Source: Carcharhinus longimanus (Eukaryota). From it: DNA of 64,000 nt. Shown here in pieces: positions 12,729 to 25,879 of this stretch. Within the stretch, counting starts at the first letter, position 1, and every line of letters starts with the position of its first letter. The stretch is taken from NCBI GenBank assembly GCA_030264375.1, contig JASCQW010000081.1, positions 31,530,377 through 31,594,376 of the forward strand. Direction: 5' to 3'. The position numbers and the translations under genes are program-made. The notes beneath the pieces were generated by a model that had not been told where the DNA came from, ran no database searches, and saw only the letters and a list, made by a program, of their open reading frames with translations.

Positions 12729-13464
12729 GTGAGTTTATCACCCATGGTTAGGGCTAACTTGTGAATGATCATTCATTTATAAAGCACGTTTTCGATATGA
12801 GAAACTCACCTGCAGGTTTTTATTTTCAAAACACAGTGCGCATATGGTGAACAGACATGGTTTTTTTACTCTGTGAAATTTGACAACATTCAATTGTTGT
12901 TAGTTCCCGCTTGTGGCTTTCAGAACAAATGCCGGGAGACTTGTTGAGCATTATATTACTTTGTTCTTGACACTTCACACTTTAAAAAAAATACAGTGCA
13001 TTCAAAAACGTTATGCTACACTAAAAAATATCATAACATGAAACATTTGAAACTGCATGTACGCTGTTGTGCCGCAATAAAAGGGGCCAGAGGTGTGCGT
13101 GAAATTGAATTGTCGAAGCAAAATAAGCATTACACATCAGTCAATGGCTACCCAAACTGACAACTTTTTTGGGGCTCACTTGTTCACTTGTTTTATGTAG
13201 CTGACATTTTTTTTGATATTTATGTTTACTCTACATGATAAGGCTATGTTTGTTGCGAGGGAAACTAGTTTCCCGCACCTAGATTTCATCAGATCTGCGT
13301 TATAACTGCGTTGCAGGAGGCGTATGTGTGTGAGATGCCTCAATTCGGTAATACTGGTAGCTTAGCTGACTATCTAACTAATTTCCCCAACAAGATGTCA
13401 TTACAAATCTATGGTGTCACTTTACATAAAGCATGCTGTACTGTTATGTCAGCTGTGACTCAAT

Positions 13465-14385
13465 TGGTAATGGCTGTCTTGCCTCTGAGTCAAAATGTTG
13501 CTTCAAGTCCTACTTTTGAGGCTTAGCACAAAAGATCTGGGCTGAGTTTTTAGTTAAGTGATGAGGGAGTACTGCATTGTCTGAAGTACTGTCTTTTGGA
13601 TAAGTCATTAAGCCAAGGCCCTGTCTGCTCTCAGATGTGGAGGTGCCGGCGTGGGACTGGGGTAAACACAGTAAGAAGTCTCACAACACCAGGTTAAAGT
13701 CCAACAAATTTATTTGATAGTAAGCCCACAAGGTTTTAGGGTTTGCTCCTTCGTCAGGTGAGTGGAGAGTTCTGGTCCAAACCCTGAAAGCTTGTGGGTT
13801 TACTATCAAATAAACTTGTTAGACTTTAACCTGGTGTTGTGAGACTTCTTACTGCTCTCAGAAGGACATGAAAGATCACACGGCACTATTTTGAATAACA
13901 GGGGTAGATTAGTATTCTGGTCAATAGTTATCCTTTAAATCAACAACACAAACATAACTGTGACCATTATCACGTTATTGATGTTAGGATCTTGCTGTGA
14001 ACAAATTGGCTACTGCATTTTTCTGCTCTAAAAGTGACAACTTAACAAAGCCCTTCATTGGTTAAAATGTATTCATTAGTCACAAGTAGGCTTACATAAA
14101 CACTGCAATGAAGTTATTGTGAATGTCCCCTAGTTGCCACAGTCTGGCATCTGTTCAGGTACACTGAGGGAGATTTTAGCATAGCCAGTGCACCTAACCA
14201 GAACGCTTTATGGATGGTGGGAAGAAACCAGAGCATCTGGAGGAAACCCATGCAGACATGAGGAGAACGTGCAAACTCCTCACAGACAGTGACCCAAGCC
14301 AGTCCCTGGTGCTGTGAGGCAGCAATGCTAACCTTTGTGCAAAAGTGCTTTGGGATATTTGGACTTAATACAAGCGCAAGCCTTT
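13465..14385 (+). mobile_element. SacSINE1-like DeuSINE interrupted by a PLE fragment (13636-13851) and an HE1 SINE (~14075-14340, -)
   Basis: gagggagtactgcattgtc...aaagatcacacggcactattttgaa...cttgctgtgaacaaattggct Deu-domain-like sequence; L2-like tail resumes at ~14342. Confidence 0.7.
13636..13851. mobile_element. Inverted (palindromic) PLE terminal-repeat insertion
   Basis: Arms 13669-13745 and 13778-13854 are inverted repeats; flanked by CTGCTCTCAGA at 13625-13635 and 13852-13862. Confidence 0.8.
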
Positions 14386-15094
14386 TTGTTTGTTGATTAA
14401 AATAAAGCCAGTTAGCTGGAAAATTTTCAATTATGTGAATGTGAACAATGTAATATTTCTGCACAGTGTTAATTTTAGAACATTTCTTTGTCCTGTCCTG
14501 AAAAGAGGATAAACTGAACAATGTCTCTTGAGATGTGTGTATTATACAGCACAGTAAATCCACATTGATTTACAATAATTACACATTGGAATGTTTAGGC
14601 TCATTTCCTGGAACAGCTTGTTTGGTACAGGGTGCTGTGCACACTGAGGCTACAACAGGTACAGATGTATATTTTTAAAGCCATTGCTCTACAGTTGCAA
14701 TAGTTGTTACTTTCATGGTATATGTTGCACTTAGTGTTCCATTGGCACAATGTGGTGGAGAATGGCAGTGGCGTTAGTAAATACTGCTGTTGTGGTCTCC
14801 CTTATCATTACTGTAGAATTTTTTTTCTGGTTGTGTCACTTGAAATAGCTGATTTAGGTGGGACTTTTGGTGTGCAGTTTACATGGAAAATGCTGTTAAA
14901 TATATTGACTTGTTATTTGGGCAGGGTGGTGAGATTTTTAAAATAATTCTTTATTCAGTCTGAGAAGACACAACTTTAGGTATTTTTGCTATTAAACCTA
15001 GGTAAATTACCATGTCAGACAAAATGTACATCTCCACTGCGATTATTATATCCACGCTCTATAAATATGATCTGACATGTTGCAGCTGCTTAAA

Positions 15095-15885
15095 TTTATT
15101 TGATTTATTATTGTCACATGTATTAACATAATGAAAAGTATTGTTTCTATCGTGCTATTCAAACAAAGCGTACTATTCATAGAGAAGGAAACGAGAGTGC
15201 AGAATGTAGTGTTGCAGTCATAGCTAGGGTGTAGAGAAAGAGCAATGAAATGCAAGGTAAGTCCATTCAAAAGTCTGACAGCAACAGGGAAGAAGTTGTT
15301 CTCGAGTCGGTTGGTATGTGACCTCAAACTTTTGTATCTTTTTCCCGAAGGAAGAAGGTGGAAGAGAGAATGTCTGGGCTGTGTGGGATCCTTAATTATG
15401 CTGGCTGCTTTGCTGAGGCAGAGGGAAGTGTAGACAGAATCAGTGGATGGGAGGCTGGTTTGCATGATGGATTGGGCGACTTTCATGATCTGTTGTAGTT
15501 CCTTGCAGTCTTGGGCAGAGCAGGAGCCGTACCAAATTGTGATACAACCTGAAAGAATGCTTCCTATGGTGCATCTGTCTAAGTTGGTGAAAGTCGTAGC
15601 TGACATGCCAACTTTCTTAATCTTCTGAGAAAGTAGAGGTGTTGGTGGGGTTTCTTAACTATAGTGTCAGCAGGGGCAAACCAGGACAGGTTGTTGGTGA
15701 TCTGGACACCTAAAAACTTGAAGCTCTCAGTCCTTTCGACTTCAACCCAATTGATGTAGATAGGGGCGTGTTCTTCTTTACGCTTCCTGAAGTTGATGAT
15801 CTCCTTCGTTTTGTTGACATTGAGAAAGAGATTAATGTTGCTGCACCAATTCACCAGATTTTCTATCTCATTCCTGTACTCTAAA
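15095..15885 (-). mobile_element. Rex1/Babar LINE 3' fragment
   Basis: ORFs 15579-15854 and 15046-15606: WCSNINLFLNVNKTKE...FKFLGVQI...LYFLRRLRK; SILSGCITIWYG...LLPSGKRYKS...FFPVAVRLLN. Confidence 0.9.
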
Positions 15886-16620
15886 TGAGTTGGAAATCAT
15901 TTGGTTTATTAGGTTTGGAATAAATAATGCTAGTTAAGCATTGTCAATAGAAAAGCTGACTTGATAAATGAAAGAACTCGATAGAGAGGCAGGATTTTGA
16001 CTTCCGCGCAAGAGTCAATTATAGTCCTGCAGCAGGGAAATGACTGGAGTACCTCTTTGTAAATCTGAGAGTAGCTATGATGGTAGAAATTGTTTTAATT
16101 AAGAAAATATAATGTTTCCACGCATGCAGGTCAGTTTCTGAAGAAGCTGCATTGGCAGTGTTGTTAATATATGTATATTTCACTTGACCTGTTAATTACA
16201 CGTTTGTTTTGAAAATTTCATTGAAGACGCTGAACATTTACTCCCAGTACCATTATGTTTTTGTTTTAGTGTCCTTTGATTTCAGAAACATATATAGCCC
16301 TGCACCATGTACCATCTCATTGTGGTCTGTGGACTTTTTTAAATGTATTCTTGAAGGCCAAGTTCCTGCTTGTGGATGGATGCTGAAGGTTGATTGAGAT
16401 ATCTATATTGATGTGTTTTTACTGAAACACGCTGGTGTTAATTCAAGGTTGTTGGAACTCACTTCCTCAGAATAGTCTTGAATTAACTTGTATGAATTAA
16501 ACAATTTTAATAAAACAGAACAAGAGGCCTTTTCATGACTTTCAATTGAAATTGGCAGATAATTTGTATGAAGCAATTTTTAATTAAGAGCAATGCACTA
16601 CATCCCACTTAGCCGCGGGA

Positions 16621-16720
16621 NNNNNNNNNNNNNNNNNNNNNNNNNNNNNNNNNNNNNNNNNNNNNNNNNNNNNNNNNNNNNNNNNNNNNNNNNNNNNNNN
16701 NNNNNNNNNNNNNNNNNNNN
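16621..16720. other. Assembly gap (others at 23068-23239, 24777-24812, 38287-38296, 41120-41219, 48191-48290, 55168-55267)
   Basis: Runs of N. Confidence 1.
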
Positions 16721-17389
16721 AGCCTCGTGAATTATTTTCTGTATCTTTATCACAAATACAGTGTAGGCCCCGTGCTGAACCATGGAATCGGGACGTGTGT
16801 TTTGCTTTATAAAATGTATGGTTTCCAACATTTGTCTTGGAATTCTCAAAGGATTTTCTGACCAGTTGCTTCCAGTAGTGGTTAAAAGAGAAGGTTTTTT
16901 TTTGTTGGGGAGTCCTTATTCTTAAGTGCATTGGTGTAAAAAGCAAGTCTTTGCTAGATAAAAGCAGAAAATGGTGGGAAGCCACAGCAGATAAGTTAAC
17001 CTTCAGTTTATAATAGTCATCAAAAGTGAGGTCAGATCACTCCTGGTGAAGGACTTTCGCCTGAAATATTAACTTGCCTGTAATAGATGCAAGACAGACT
17101 GTTGGATAAATGCATTGCAATGATTCTTTATTAATAACAAATTCAGACTTGAATTTTTAAATAGCAAATTGAGGGTTTTCCTAGCTTTGAAAGGTCCATT
17201 TGCTTAAGTACTTGGATTTGCATCAGTCCACTGATTCACTTAAGCAAAATGTATTGCACTTTAAGATGCAAAATGATCAGTCACTGCAATCAAAGAATCT
17301 CCTGTCTTGCCTCCGGCCTTGCATTCATAGTAAACATAAGCCTTGTCCAACACATTGCCCATACCCATATCCTAACTTGTAATAAGTGC

Positions 17390-17830
17390 TGTTAATCCAT
17401 ACCCTGTGCTCACTGATCAGAGTTGGCTTTTGGGCCTGTCAATGCCTTGATTTTATAATTCTCACCATTGTTTTCAAATCCCTCTATGGCTGCAGCTCAT
17501 CCTGATCTGTAATCTCCTCCAGTCCTGTAACCTCATTCAGAGCTCAGATCTTTGTGCTCCTCAATTCCCATCTCCTGCACAGACAGAATTTTCATTGCTG
17601 CACCATTTGCGGTGATGTACTCTGCTGTGAGACCCTAAACTCTGGAATTTTTTTCTTTAAACCTCTCTCTACTTTATGCCTTGTTTAAGACTGTCCTTTA
17701 AAACCTACTGCATTGGCCAATCTTTTGTCATATGTCAGATCTCCTTTATGTGGCTTGGTGTCAGATCTTATTTGATAACACCCGTGCAGAGCCTTGAGAT
17801 GGTGACAATGTTAAAAATATTACATTAGTG
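17390..17830 (+). mobile_element. L2 LINE 3' fragment
   Basis: ttttcaaatccctctatggc...gtaatctcctccag...ctctggaatt...cctttaaaacctac. Confidence 0.6.
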
Positions 17831-18079
17831 CAGGTTGTGGTTGGGGAATTTATAAACCTGAGTGATAACACTCAGAAACACAGTTGTTACTGCTTGGGAA
17901 GTGAGTTCTGCTGCTGTTTTCATGTTTTAAATGTAGTCAATTTTGTTTTCTACATGGGCTGGGAGAATCAAAACACAAACTCTATCATCCATATCCTTTT
18001 TCTTCTTTTGCCACTACTTGCTCTCTGTTTTGCAGAAGGGTCATGGGGATTCCAATCAGACCTAATCATTCATTATAAA

Positions 18080-18229
18080 AGTAAAACAAAAACAGAAAAT
18101 GCTGGAAAATCCCAGCAGATCTGACAGCATCTGTAGGGAGAGAATAGAGCCAATGTTTGAAGTCTGGATGACCCTTCATGAGAGCTCCTATGAAGTGTCA
18201 TCCAGATTCAAAATGTTGGCTCCATTCTC
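18080..18229. mobile_element. PLE terminal-repeat fragment with an inverted hammerhead-like segment
   Basis: aaaacagaaaatgctggaaaat... followed by an inverted repeat centred on GAGCTC (18182-18187). Confidence 0.7.
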
Positions 18230-18584
18230 AAATCATTTTATCAATAAGTTTCTTACTCTTAGTTTCCAAAAGACAGGTAAGAAATCTGTCCGGTGCCCAC
18301 TTGAGCTCTGAATTTTCCACCGGCCATGCTTGGGTTGGATTATAACCATTAGAATCCACTCTTAGAGGTCAACTTTTCAGTCCAATGCTATTTGGAGTAT
18401 ACTGTCACTTCACCGACTACCAGGTCACAAGAACTTTACAGTTCTTATTACAAACCTATGATAAAATAATTTAAACAATGCCTGAAAATGCTTCTTAATC
18501 TACTACTTAGATTGTTGATTGGTCAGACCCCCTTTTTTTACAGATTCGGATATCTCAGCCACTGAATACCAACCAGCTGGTTAT

Positions 18585-18730
18585 TCATAGATTCATTGAA
18601 TACTATAGTGCAGAAGGAGGCCATTTGGCCCATCGAGTCTGCACCAATCACAATTACACCCAGGCCCTATCCCCTATGCATTTACCCTAGCTAGTCCCCA
18701 TGACGCTAAGGGGCAATTCAGCATGGCCAA
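18585..18730 (-). mobile_element. HE1 SINE 3' part
   Basis: gtgcagaaggaggccatttggcccatcgagtctgcacc...ggggcaattcagcatggccaat. Confidence 0.75.
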
Positions 18731-19844
18731 TAAATATCAAGACTCTGCAGGTCATTAAAAAATACATCTTTAAATTATAACATGCCAATCTATTCTTTAA
18801 TCTCAGTCAAAATTACATGTTGTTTGTAGTTGGTTCCCTGAAAAGTTGAAGCTGTTCAACATATCTGTGCCAAATGACTTAATGCTGTTTTCTTCTCTGC
18901 AGCAGCATTGGTGACAGCTGTCAGATCATGACATTGCTTCTGTTGGTGGGTAGTGAAAAACTGAGTAGTTGGTCATTTAGTTCCATTGACAACTACTTAC
19001 TGCTTTTGCTGGTTTAATCAATTTTTGACCTACCTCAGGAGCCTGTCATCTGTTTGGACCTTCTTACCTAGTGGATAAATCACTTATGTGGCATGGCATG
19101 ACAACTTTGGTGAACTTTAAAGTTTATCACATCCATGTGTTTCTGGGCATTTGCCCAACCTGTAATGTTAATAAGCTATGAGTCTGGTGCTAGTGAACTT
19201 TAGACTGACATTCCAGCAAGATCTTTCGGGTCTCCAATTTTTTCCCCCATCATTAACATGTAGTCTGAGACAATTGTATCTTAGAAAATGTGCTCGTTTA
19301 TTTTGTCATTCGTTTGCCAAATTAGCCAATTTTGCACTTATTGTGAGGAGCATCCCAGCTTTGTTGTTAAATAATTCCAACAGAAGTGTCTGAACTGGAA
19401 AAAGAGAAGAAATATTTATTCAAGGGATGTGGACATCACTGGGATGGCGTGTATGTGACATGCCAAACTCTTTACAACGCTGGCTTGGCTGGCCGTTTCA
19501 GAGGATAGTTAAGAGTCAGTCATGTTGCTGTATGTTATGGGTAACATTAGTAGATCACTATTTCTGTGAAGTTCCTTCTAATATCTAAGCTTAGTTTATT
19601 TTTCACAGGTTTTAGTATTTCCTACCTTGCAACAACAAGAACCTATATTTATACAGCACCCTTACTTCAATGAAATATCTCAAGGCAGTTCCATAGGAGC
19701 ACTACCAAATCAAGTAAGACACCAAGCCACGTAATGAGATATTAGGGCAGAAGTTTGGTCAAAGAGGGTGATTTTAATTTTCTTTTGTTCAAAACAAAAT
19801 ATTATGGATTTAATTTGTTTATGTCAATTAATATTTTATATCCT

Positions 19845-20500
19845 TAAATACGGAGTGGAGATGTTCAGCATTAGGGACACCAAATGCAGGCTTTCTGGAA
19901 CAGCTCCTTTCAGTTGCTGAGTATGGTCCAGAGCTAATGATTTCCTGTCATTTTAATTTTGCACCTTGCTTCACCTTTGACCTTTCTGTTCTTGGCCTAC
20001 TGCTAAGTTCATTTGAAGCTCAACAAAAGTTTGAGGCACAGCACCTCATCTTTCAAAAAATGCACAGATGGCTTTCTGAACTTAACACTGAGTTAAGCAA
20101 TTTCAGACTGCAATCTTTCTCTTGTTTTATTTCCATTTCTTTGACTGTTTCAGTCTTGCTCTTGTTTTTGCTTTCGGATGGGAGTTGTTTATCATTGTGC
20201 AATTTGTATCTGCTCTAGGCAAATTGTTTATTCCACCACCCCCCCACCTTTCTCTTGTCCCATCATCACTGACCCTGCATGACTAGCTCTCTTTTGTCAT
20301 TTAATTTCCCCTGCTTTCCGCCGTGTCGTAGATCTTCCCTTTTGTCCTTTTTGTTCACACCTTTTCCCAATTTTACTTGCTTAAAATCTTTTAAACTTCT
20401 ATTTTTTCTGGCTCTGATGAAATGTTACAAACCTGAAAGATTAACTCTGTTTTCCTCTTCAAAGATGCTACTGAACAGACTTTCTAGAATTTCCTCTCTT
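19845..20500 (+). mobile_element. Penelope-like element 3' end (GIY-YIG C-terminus plus terminal repeat)
   Basis: ORF 19937: CHFNF...DLSVLGLL...EAQQKFEAQHLIFQ...LNTELSNFR; degenerate hammerhead ctgatga...acctgaaa at 20414-20438. Confidence 0.75.
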
Positions 20501-20939
20501 GAATCAAGAAATATTAATCCTTGAAGTTTTGGTGTATCAATTGAAAATTAACTTATGGATAGAATTCCACAGAATTTACAGCCCAGAAAAAGGTATTTGG
20601 CTCAACTGAGTGTTTGTATTCCATAGGAACTTCTTCCCAGTTTATTACAAGAACTACAGAAGGCAGGCATTCACAAGGCATGATGATCCCAAAGTCTCAG
20701 TGGATTGAGACGCTTTTCTATTCTATGTCTTGGCTTAAACAGGCAATCATGAAGGAATCTCTCCCAACCAAACTCGAGTTGCCTGTGTACAGTGAAATTG
20801 GACATTTGCTGCATTGAGGATGACTGGGTCTCCCTTCAGGGATATAGTGTACTCCATTGCTCGAGAGGCCCTTTGGTACTCTTATAAGTATCAAGATTGA
20901 TTTGATGAAAACATTGGGATATTCCAGAAACGCAAACCA

Positions 20940-21655
20940 GGCTCCCATCCATTGACTCTGTTTCCACTTCCCACTGCTTTGAAAAAGCAGCCAGCATCAT
21001 CAAGGACCCCACATATCCTGGACATACTCTCTTCCACTTCCATCAGAAAAGACACAAAGGTCTGAAGTCACATACCAACTGACTTGAAAACAACTTCTTC
21101 TCTGCTGCCCCTGATGACTTGTCATTAAGGTAAATCCAGTGAAGCACAATGCCAGCCTAAATATCTGCAGGACTACCAGTGCAAGCTCTCGGAGATGTCA
21201 AGACGTTTTGGCTGAATCAGAAAGCAGGATAAAATGGTTGAGAGCTTAAAGGTGTCCAGATGACCAACCTATCCTAGTCCTCCACACCAACGCTATAGTT
21301 AAGAGAGTCCACCTACGCCTCTACTTTCTCAGAAGGCTAAGGAAATTCAGCACGTTCACTACGATGTTCACTAACGTTTACAAATATACCATAGAAAGCA
21401 TCTATCTGGATGTATTGCAGCTTGGTATGGCTCATGCTCTGACCAAGACTGCAAGAAAGGGTTGTGAATGTAGCCTCAGCCATCACCTAATCCAGGCTCT
21501 CATTCATTGATTCTGTCTACACTTCCCACTGCCTTGGAAAAGCAGCCAACATAATTAAGGACCCCATGCACCTCAGATGTACTCTCTCCCACCTTCTGTC
21601 GGGAAAAAGATACAAAATTCTGAGGTCACGTGCCAATCTACTCGAACGGCTTCTG
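20940..21655 (+). mobile_element. Two Rex/Babar LINE fragments
   Basis: aaagcagccagcatcatcaaggacccc and ctctactttctcagaaggctaaggaaattc, same family as 15095-15885. Confidence 0.75.
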
Positions 21656-21699
21656 CAAGCTGAATTTTACTGTTTCATCACCAATCCTTGATGCTGATG

Positions 21700-22320
21700 A
21701 TCATCACTACTCACAGAAAACATCCAAATTCGAGAAAGATGAGCAGAGCACTTTAACTACGTCCTTCATTAGTCATCAGTGAAGAAGTGGTCAACAGGTT
21801 GCCATCAGTTGCTCTCTCGATGATCCTCCCACAATGTTAGGAACAGCAAAAACAATCAAACTCGTGTCTAGTGACAAAGCTCCAGGAACTGATGCTATTC
21901 AAGCTGAGGTCTACAAGATTGGAGGTAAATGCCTGCTGAAGAAGCTTACTGAACTCTTTCAGTGTATATAGCAACAAGGAACCATCCTGCAACAATACAA
22001 AGATGCTTCCATTGTCTCCAAGTGGAAGGGAACTCCTCAATCTTATGAAGATCACAGAGGAATCTTACTGCTTACCTTTGCTGGCAAAATCTTCATGAAA
22101 ATCTTTTTGAATCACTTAGTGCTACATCTTGCTCTGGATCTGCTGCCGGAGAGTCAATGTGGTTTCAGAAAAGGATAGATGATCTACTGACCTAACCAAG
22201 GCCTTTGACACAGTCAGTCATGAATGCTTTTTGGAGGTAATGGAGAGACTGTGGTTTGACAGTTCCATGACAATATGCTCACACACATCCCATATGATGA
22301 TAAGTCCTGTGACCTATTCC
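21700..22320 (+). mobile_element. RTE (BovB-like) LINE RT fragment
   Basis: Translates to KAPGTDAIQAEVYK...YKDASIV...HRGILLL...LLPESQCGFRK...DLTKAFDTVS. Confidence 0.8.
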
Positions 22321-22324
22321 TCAA

Positions 22325-22620
22325 GTTAGTGGAGATGGTGGTGTAGTGGTAATGTCACGGAACTAGTAATCCAATGCCCATGGTCAATATTCTGGGACCA
22401 TGGGTTCAAATCTCACCATGATACCTGGTGGAATTGAAATTGTAAATGTGGAATATAAAGCTAGCCTCAATAATGGTGACAATGATAACAGTCATTGTTG
22501 TAAAAACCCATTGAGTTCACTCGTGTCCTTTTAGGAAAGAAATCTGCCATCCTCACCTGGTCTGACCTACATGTGACTCCAGACCCTTAATTGTCATCAA
22601 AAGTAATGTAGTAAGCTAGT
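22325..22620 (+). mobile_element. tRNA-derived SINE
   Basis: ggtggtgtagtggtaatgtcac...gggttcaaatctcacc head; aaatctgccatcctcacctggtctgacctacatgtgactccagac body. Confidence 0.7.
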
Positions 22621-22899
22621 TGGTAAGCACTATTTAGGAGGCTTGATGAGTCCTGGGAGAAGCTTGCTCACTTATTCAAGATAGATGGAAAACTCAAGGG
22701 GAGGCAATCCTGAATCAGCAACCCCTTCAAAACTCGGTCATCTACAGTATCCTGTCTAATTTGCTGCAGAATCTTCCTTGTGTAGATCAGCCTTTAGCAG
22801 TCACCTATGTACCCTTCAGACTGCTCCAAGCACTCCAGATGATGAACCTGTCATCCTTACCTGGGAGGATGAACAAGAATAGTGCATAATTCAAATAAT

Positions 22900-23067
22900 T
22901 TGGAGATGCTGGAGTTGGACTGGGATGGGCACAATAAAAAATCCACAACACCAGGTTAAAGTTCGACAGGTTTATTTGGAATCACAAGCTTTTGGAGCAC
23001 TGCTCCTTCATCAGGTGAGTGATGAAGGAAGAGTGCTCTGAAAGCTTGTGACACCAAATGAACCTGT
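22900..23067. mobile_element. Inverted PLE terminal-repeat pair running into a gap
   Basis: Reverse complement of the 11532-11657 element, followed by a + strand copy gatgaagga...tgctctgaaagcttgtga. Confidence 0.75.
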
Positions 23068-23239
23068 NNNNNNNNNNNNNNNNNNNNNNNNNNNNNNNNN
23101 NNNNNNNNNNNNNNNNNNNNNNNNNNNNNNNNNNNNNNNNNNNNNNNNNNNNNNNNNNNNNNNNNNNNNNNNNNNNNNNNNNNNNNNNNNNNNNNNNNNN
23201 NNNNNNNNNNNNNNNNNNNNNNNNNNNNNNNNNNNNNNN

Positions 23240-23770
23240 TATGGCTAGAGGTGGAAATTAAAAGAGGACAGTTTGGTCATAGTATTGGCTATAGAAACAA
23301 TTGCAAATACAAGGTTGGATGGTATGCTGTAAGGATGATGAAATGAAGCTATATGGGTGGAACTGAAGGCAGTCGCACTACTGGGATTCTATTTTTGACT
23401 TCTAAACAATCAGAGGAAGATAGAAGAATAGACGTGTGGTCAAATTGCTGAGAAGTGCAGAAACAACAGGATAGTCAAAGGTTTCAAGTACTCGCATTAA
23501 CTGGGATACAATCAGTGTGAAAGGTGCGAGAAATGCAGTATACTTAAAATCCATTCAGGAGAACGTATTCACCATGGCTAGCAAGTCCAATTAGAGAAGG
23601 AGCAATTCTTGTTTCTTTTAGGGAATGAAGCAGGGCAGGGGTACTCATGGGAGAACATTTTGGTGGTAATTATAATGCAGCTGGATTTAGCATAGTTCTG
23701 GCAAAGGACAAGGATGGAATAATTGGGAAAAGTTTTAAATTGGGATAAAGGCTGTTCAAAACCGAAGGGG
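23240..23770 (+). mobile_element. Degenerate CR1 ORF2 (endonuclease region)
   Basis: atatgggtggaactga, ttaactgggat, ttagggaatgaagcagggcagg, ttttaaattggg motifs shared with the CR1 at 54-55 kb. Confidence 0.5.
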
Positions 23771-25879
23771 AGAAATAAAAATGTTTCTTGAATACAGTGC
23801 CGATGTTTTACTTGCAAGATTTAGAAACATATGGACATTTTATAATGTTTATAAATTTAATAGTATTTGTCAACATTTTAAAAAGGCAATTTGTATCGAA
23901 GTTGAAATACTAATTGAAAAATTTAAAGTTCGTTTTCATAATCTTGCACTGATCTGAAAATTTTAAAATATTTAAAGCAATGTCACATCTACTCTTTAAT
24001 TGCTGTATCTGCAAGGTGATATTTCCCACTTGCCTTAATGTGAAAAAAAACTGTACAAATTTGTGGCTGCTAAGTTCTACTAAGTCAACCTAATTTGGCT
24101 GAAAACATGGGCATGTTCCTTTTGGAAAGCTGGTGTGAATATTTGGAACCATTTTTGGAAATGTTTCTGTCACAGCCGTGAGACTCTGGATGCTTGTGTG
24201 GAGAAAGGTACATGATCAAACAAAGGAGATTAACGAGTTATTGGTTCAAATTGAGTTTTTGCGTTATTACAACCACATGCACAGCCTGATGCAGAAAATA
24301 CCTCAGCTGCAGAGCAGAGAAAAGTTGAAATGTTTTCCTGCTTTGTTTTTCAATTGCTGTCAAACACTACCTTCGAGTGGCGAGATGGCATAATTGACGT
24401 GTTGCTATGATTGAGGCAGAGTCTTGGCTCAACCAATCAACCCACTGGTCTTGGCAGAAGGTTTCCCAAACCCAAATTCAGCAGCATTTGATTGTTGAAA
24501 TAAAGTTGTAAGTATATGCAGTGGCTAATTATTTTGTGTCAGATGGGCAGAGGATAAAGGCAGAATGTTGTTTTTTTTTGGGGCGGGTTAATCAATATTA
24601 TGGTCTGCAACTTGTTGAGCAGAATTCAATATTTTTATACAGTGACGTATAACAAATTTCACAGTCAGGGTGAGAGAGAATTGCTGAAACTCCTGTTCCC
24701 TTTCCAACTGTCTGCAGACAGCAAGCTTTTGAGAGGAAGGGGTGTGTGTTTTTTTTATTTCCTGAGTGTGTGGACANNNNNNNNNNNNNNNNNNNNNNNN
24801 NNNNNNNNNNNNNTAAATAAAGAGGATTATTCTAGTGCTCAGCCTGAAATCTAAAACTATGGCCCTCACTCATACATTTGCTTATTGGTGGATTTGAAAA
24901 GGAACAGGCTTGTAGACCGTGCCACATTACAGCCTCCAGTTTTCTGAAAATTAATTTACAGGATGTAAGTGTCTCTGGCAAGGGCACTTATTGCCCATTC
25001 CTAATTGCCCTTGAAGATGGTGGTGAGCTGCAGTTCGCGTGGTCTGGTACATTCCCTGGTTGAACTGCTGCAGTCCATGTGCTTTGGTACATCCCTTCAG
25101 AAGTTCAGTCTAATTTTCCCATCTCATTATATGGCTTGGCGTCATATTTCATTTGACAGCTCTTGTCAATGGCCCTGTTCGGAAGGGTGTTCCAGAACTT
25201 CGATCCTGTGACATTAAAGGAACAGTGATATATTTCCAAGCTAGGGTGCAAGTGACTTGGAGGGGAGCTTGCAAGTGGTGGTGTTTTTTTTTAAGGCATA
25301 GGTGTTACAGCCCTTTCTGCAGTTGCAGTGAGCATTGAACAATTACAGTGTGACAAAACATGGCTGCCTTACCATGTTTTCCTCACAACGATCTCGGATT
25401 GGTTAGTCACATCCTGTTTATTGTCTCCATTAGACAGTGAGGCAGTTTTTAAATATGTAAGCCAGGTCACCTGATCTTTGGCTATCTTTGCAGCACGTTG
25501 AAATGGGCTGTTTTTAAGAAAAAATAAAGAATCCACTTTGAATATAGTTCATACCTTGAAGATTAGGAATATGATGTCTTTACTGGATGTAACATAGATA
25601 TTAATGAAATGATAACTCCAGAATTATTGTGGAAAATATGTAAGATAATAGAATCTTGATGCAATGATTTGATTAGTGTAACAATGATTACCATATCTAA
25701 CTGACCAGTGCATATTTGACTGATTAATACATGTCAAAATATAGCAATCTCTGATGTGTATTCCTGATCCCATGATTTGCTATGTGAATATCACATTAAA
25801 TATTTGATAAATTGGGTGTTCAGCTCATCCACTGATTTTGCTTGTGAGAATCATAATTGTTTGTTTTGTTGAAAGTATA

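Noticed and set aside
23048-23261. ORFs containing runs of X (also ~16.6, ~41.0, ~48.1 and ~55.1 kb)
   Set aside because: Artefacts of translating through N gaps.
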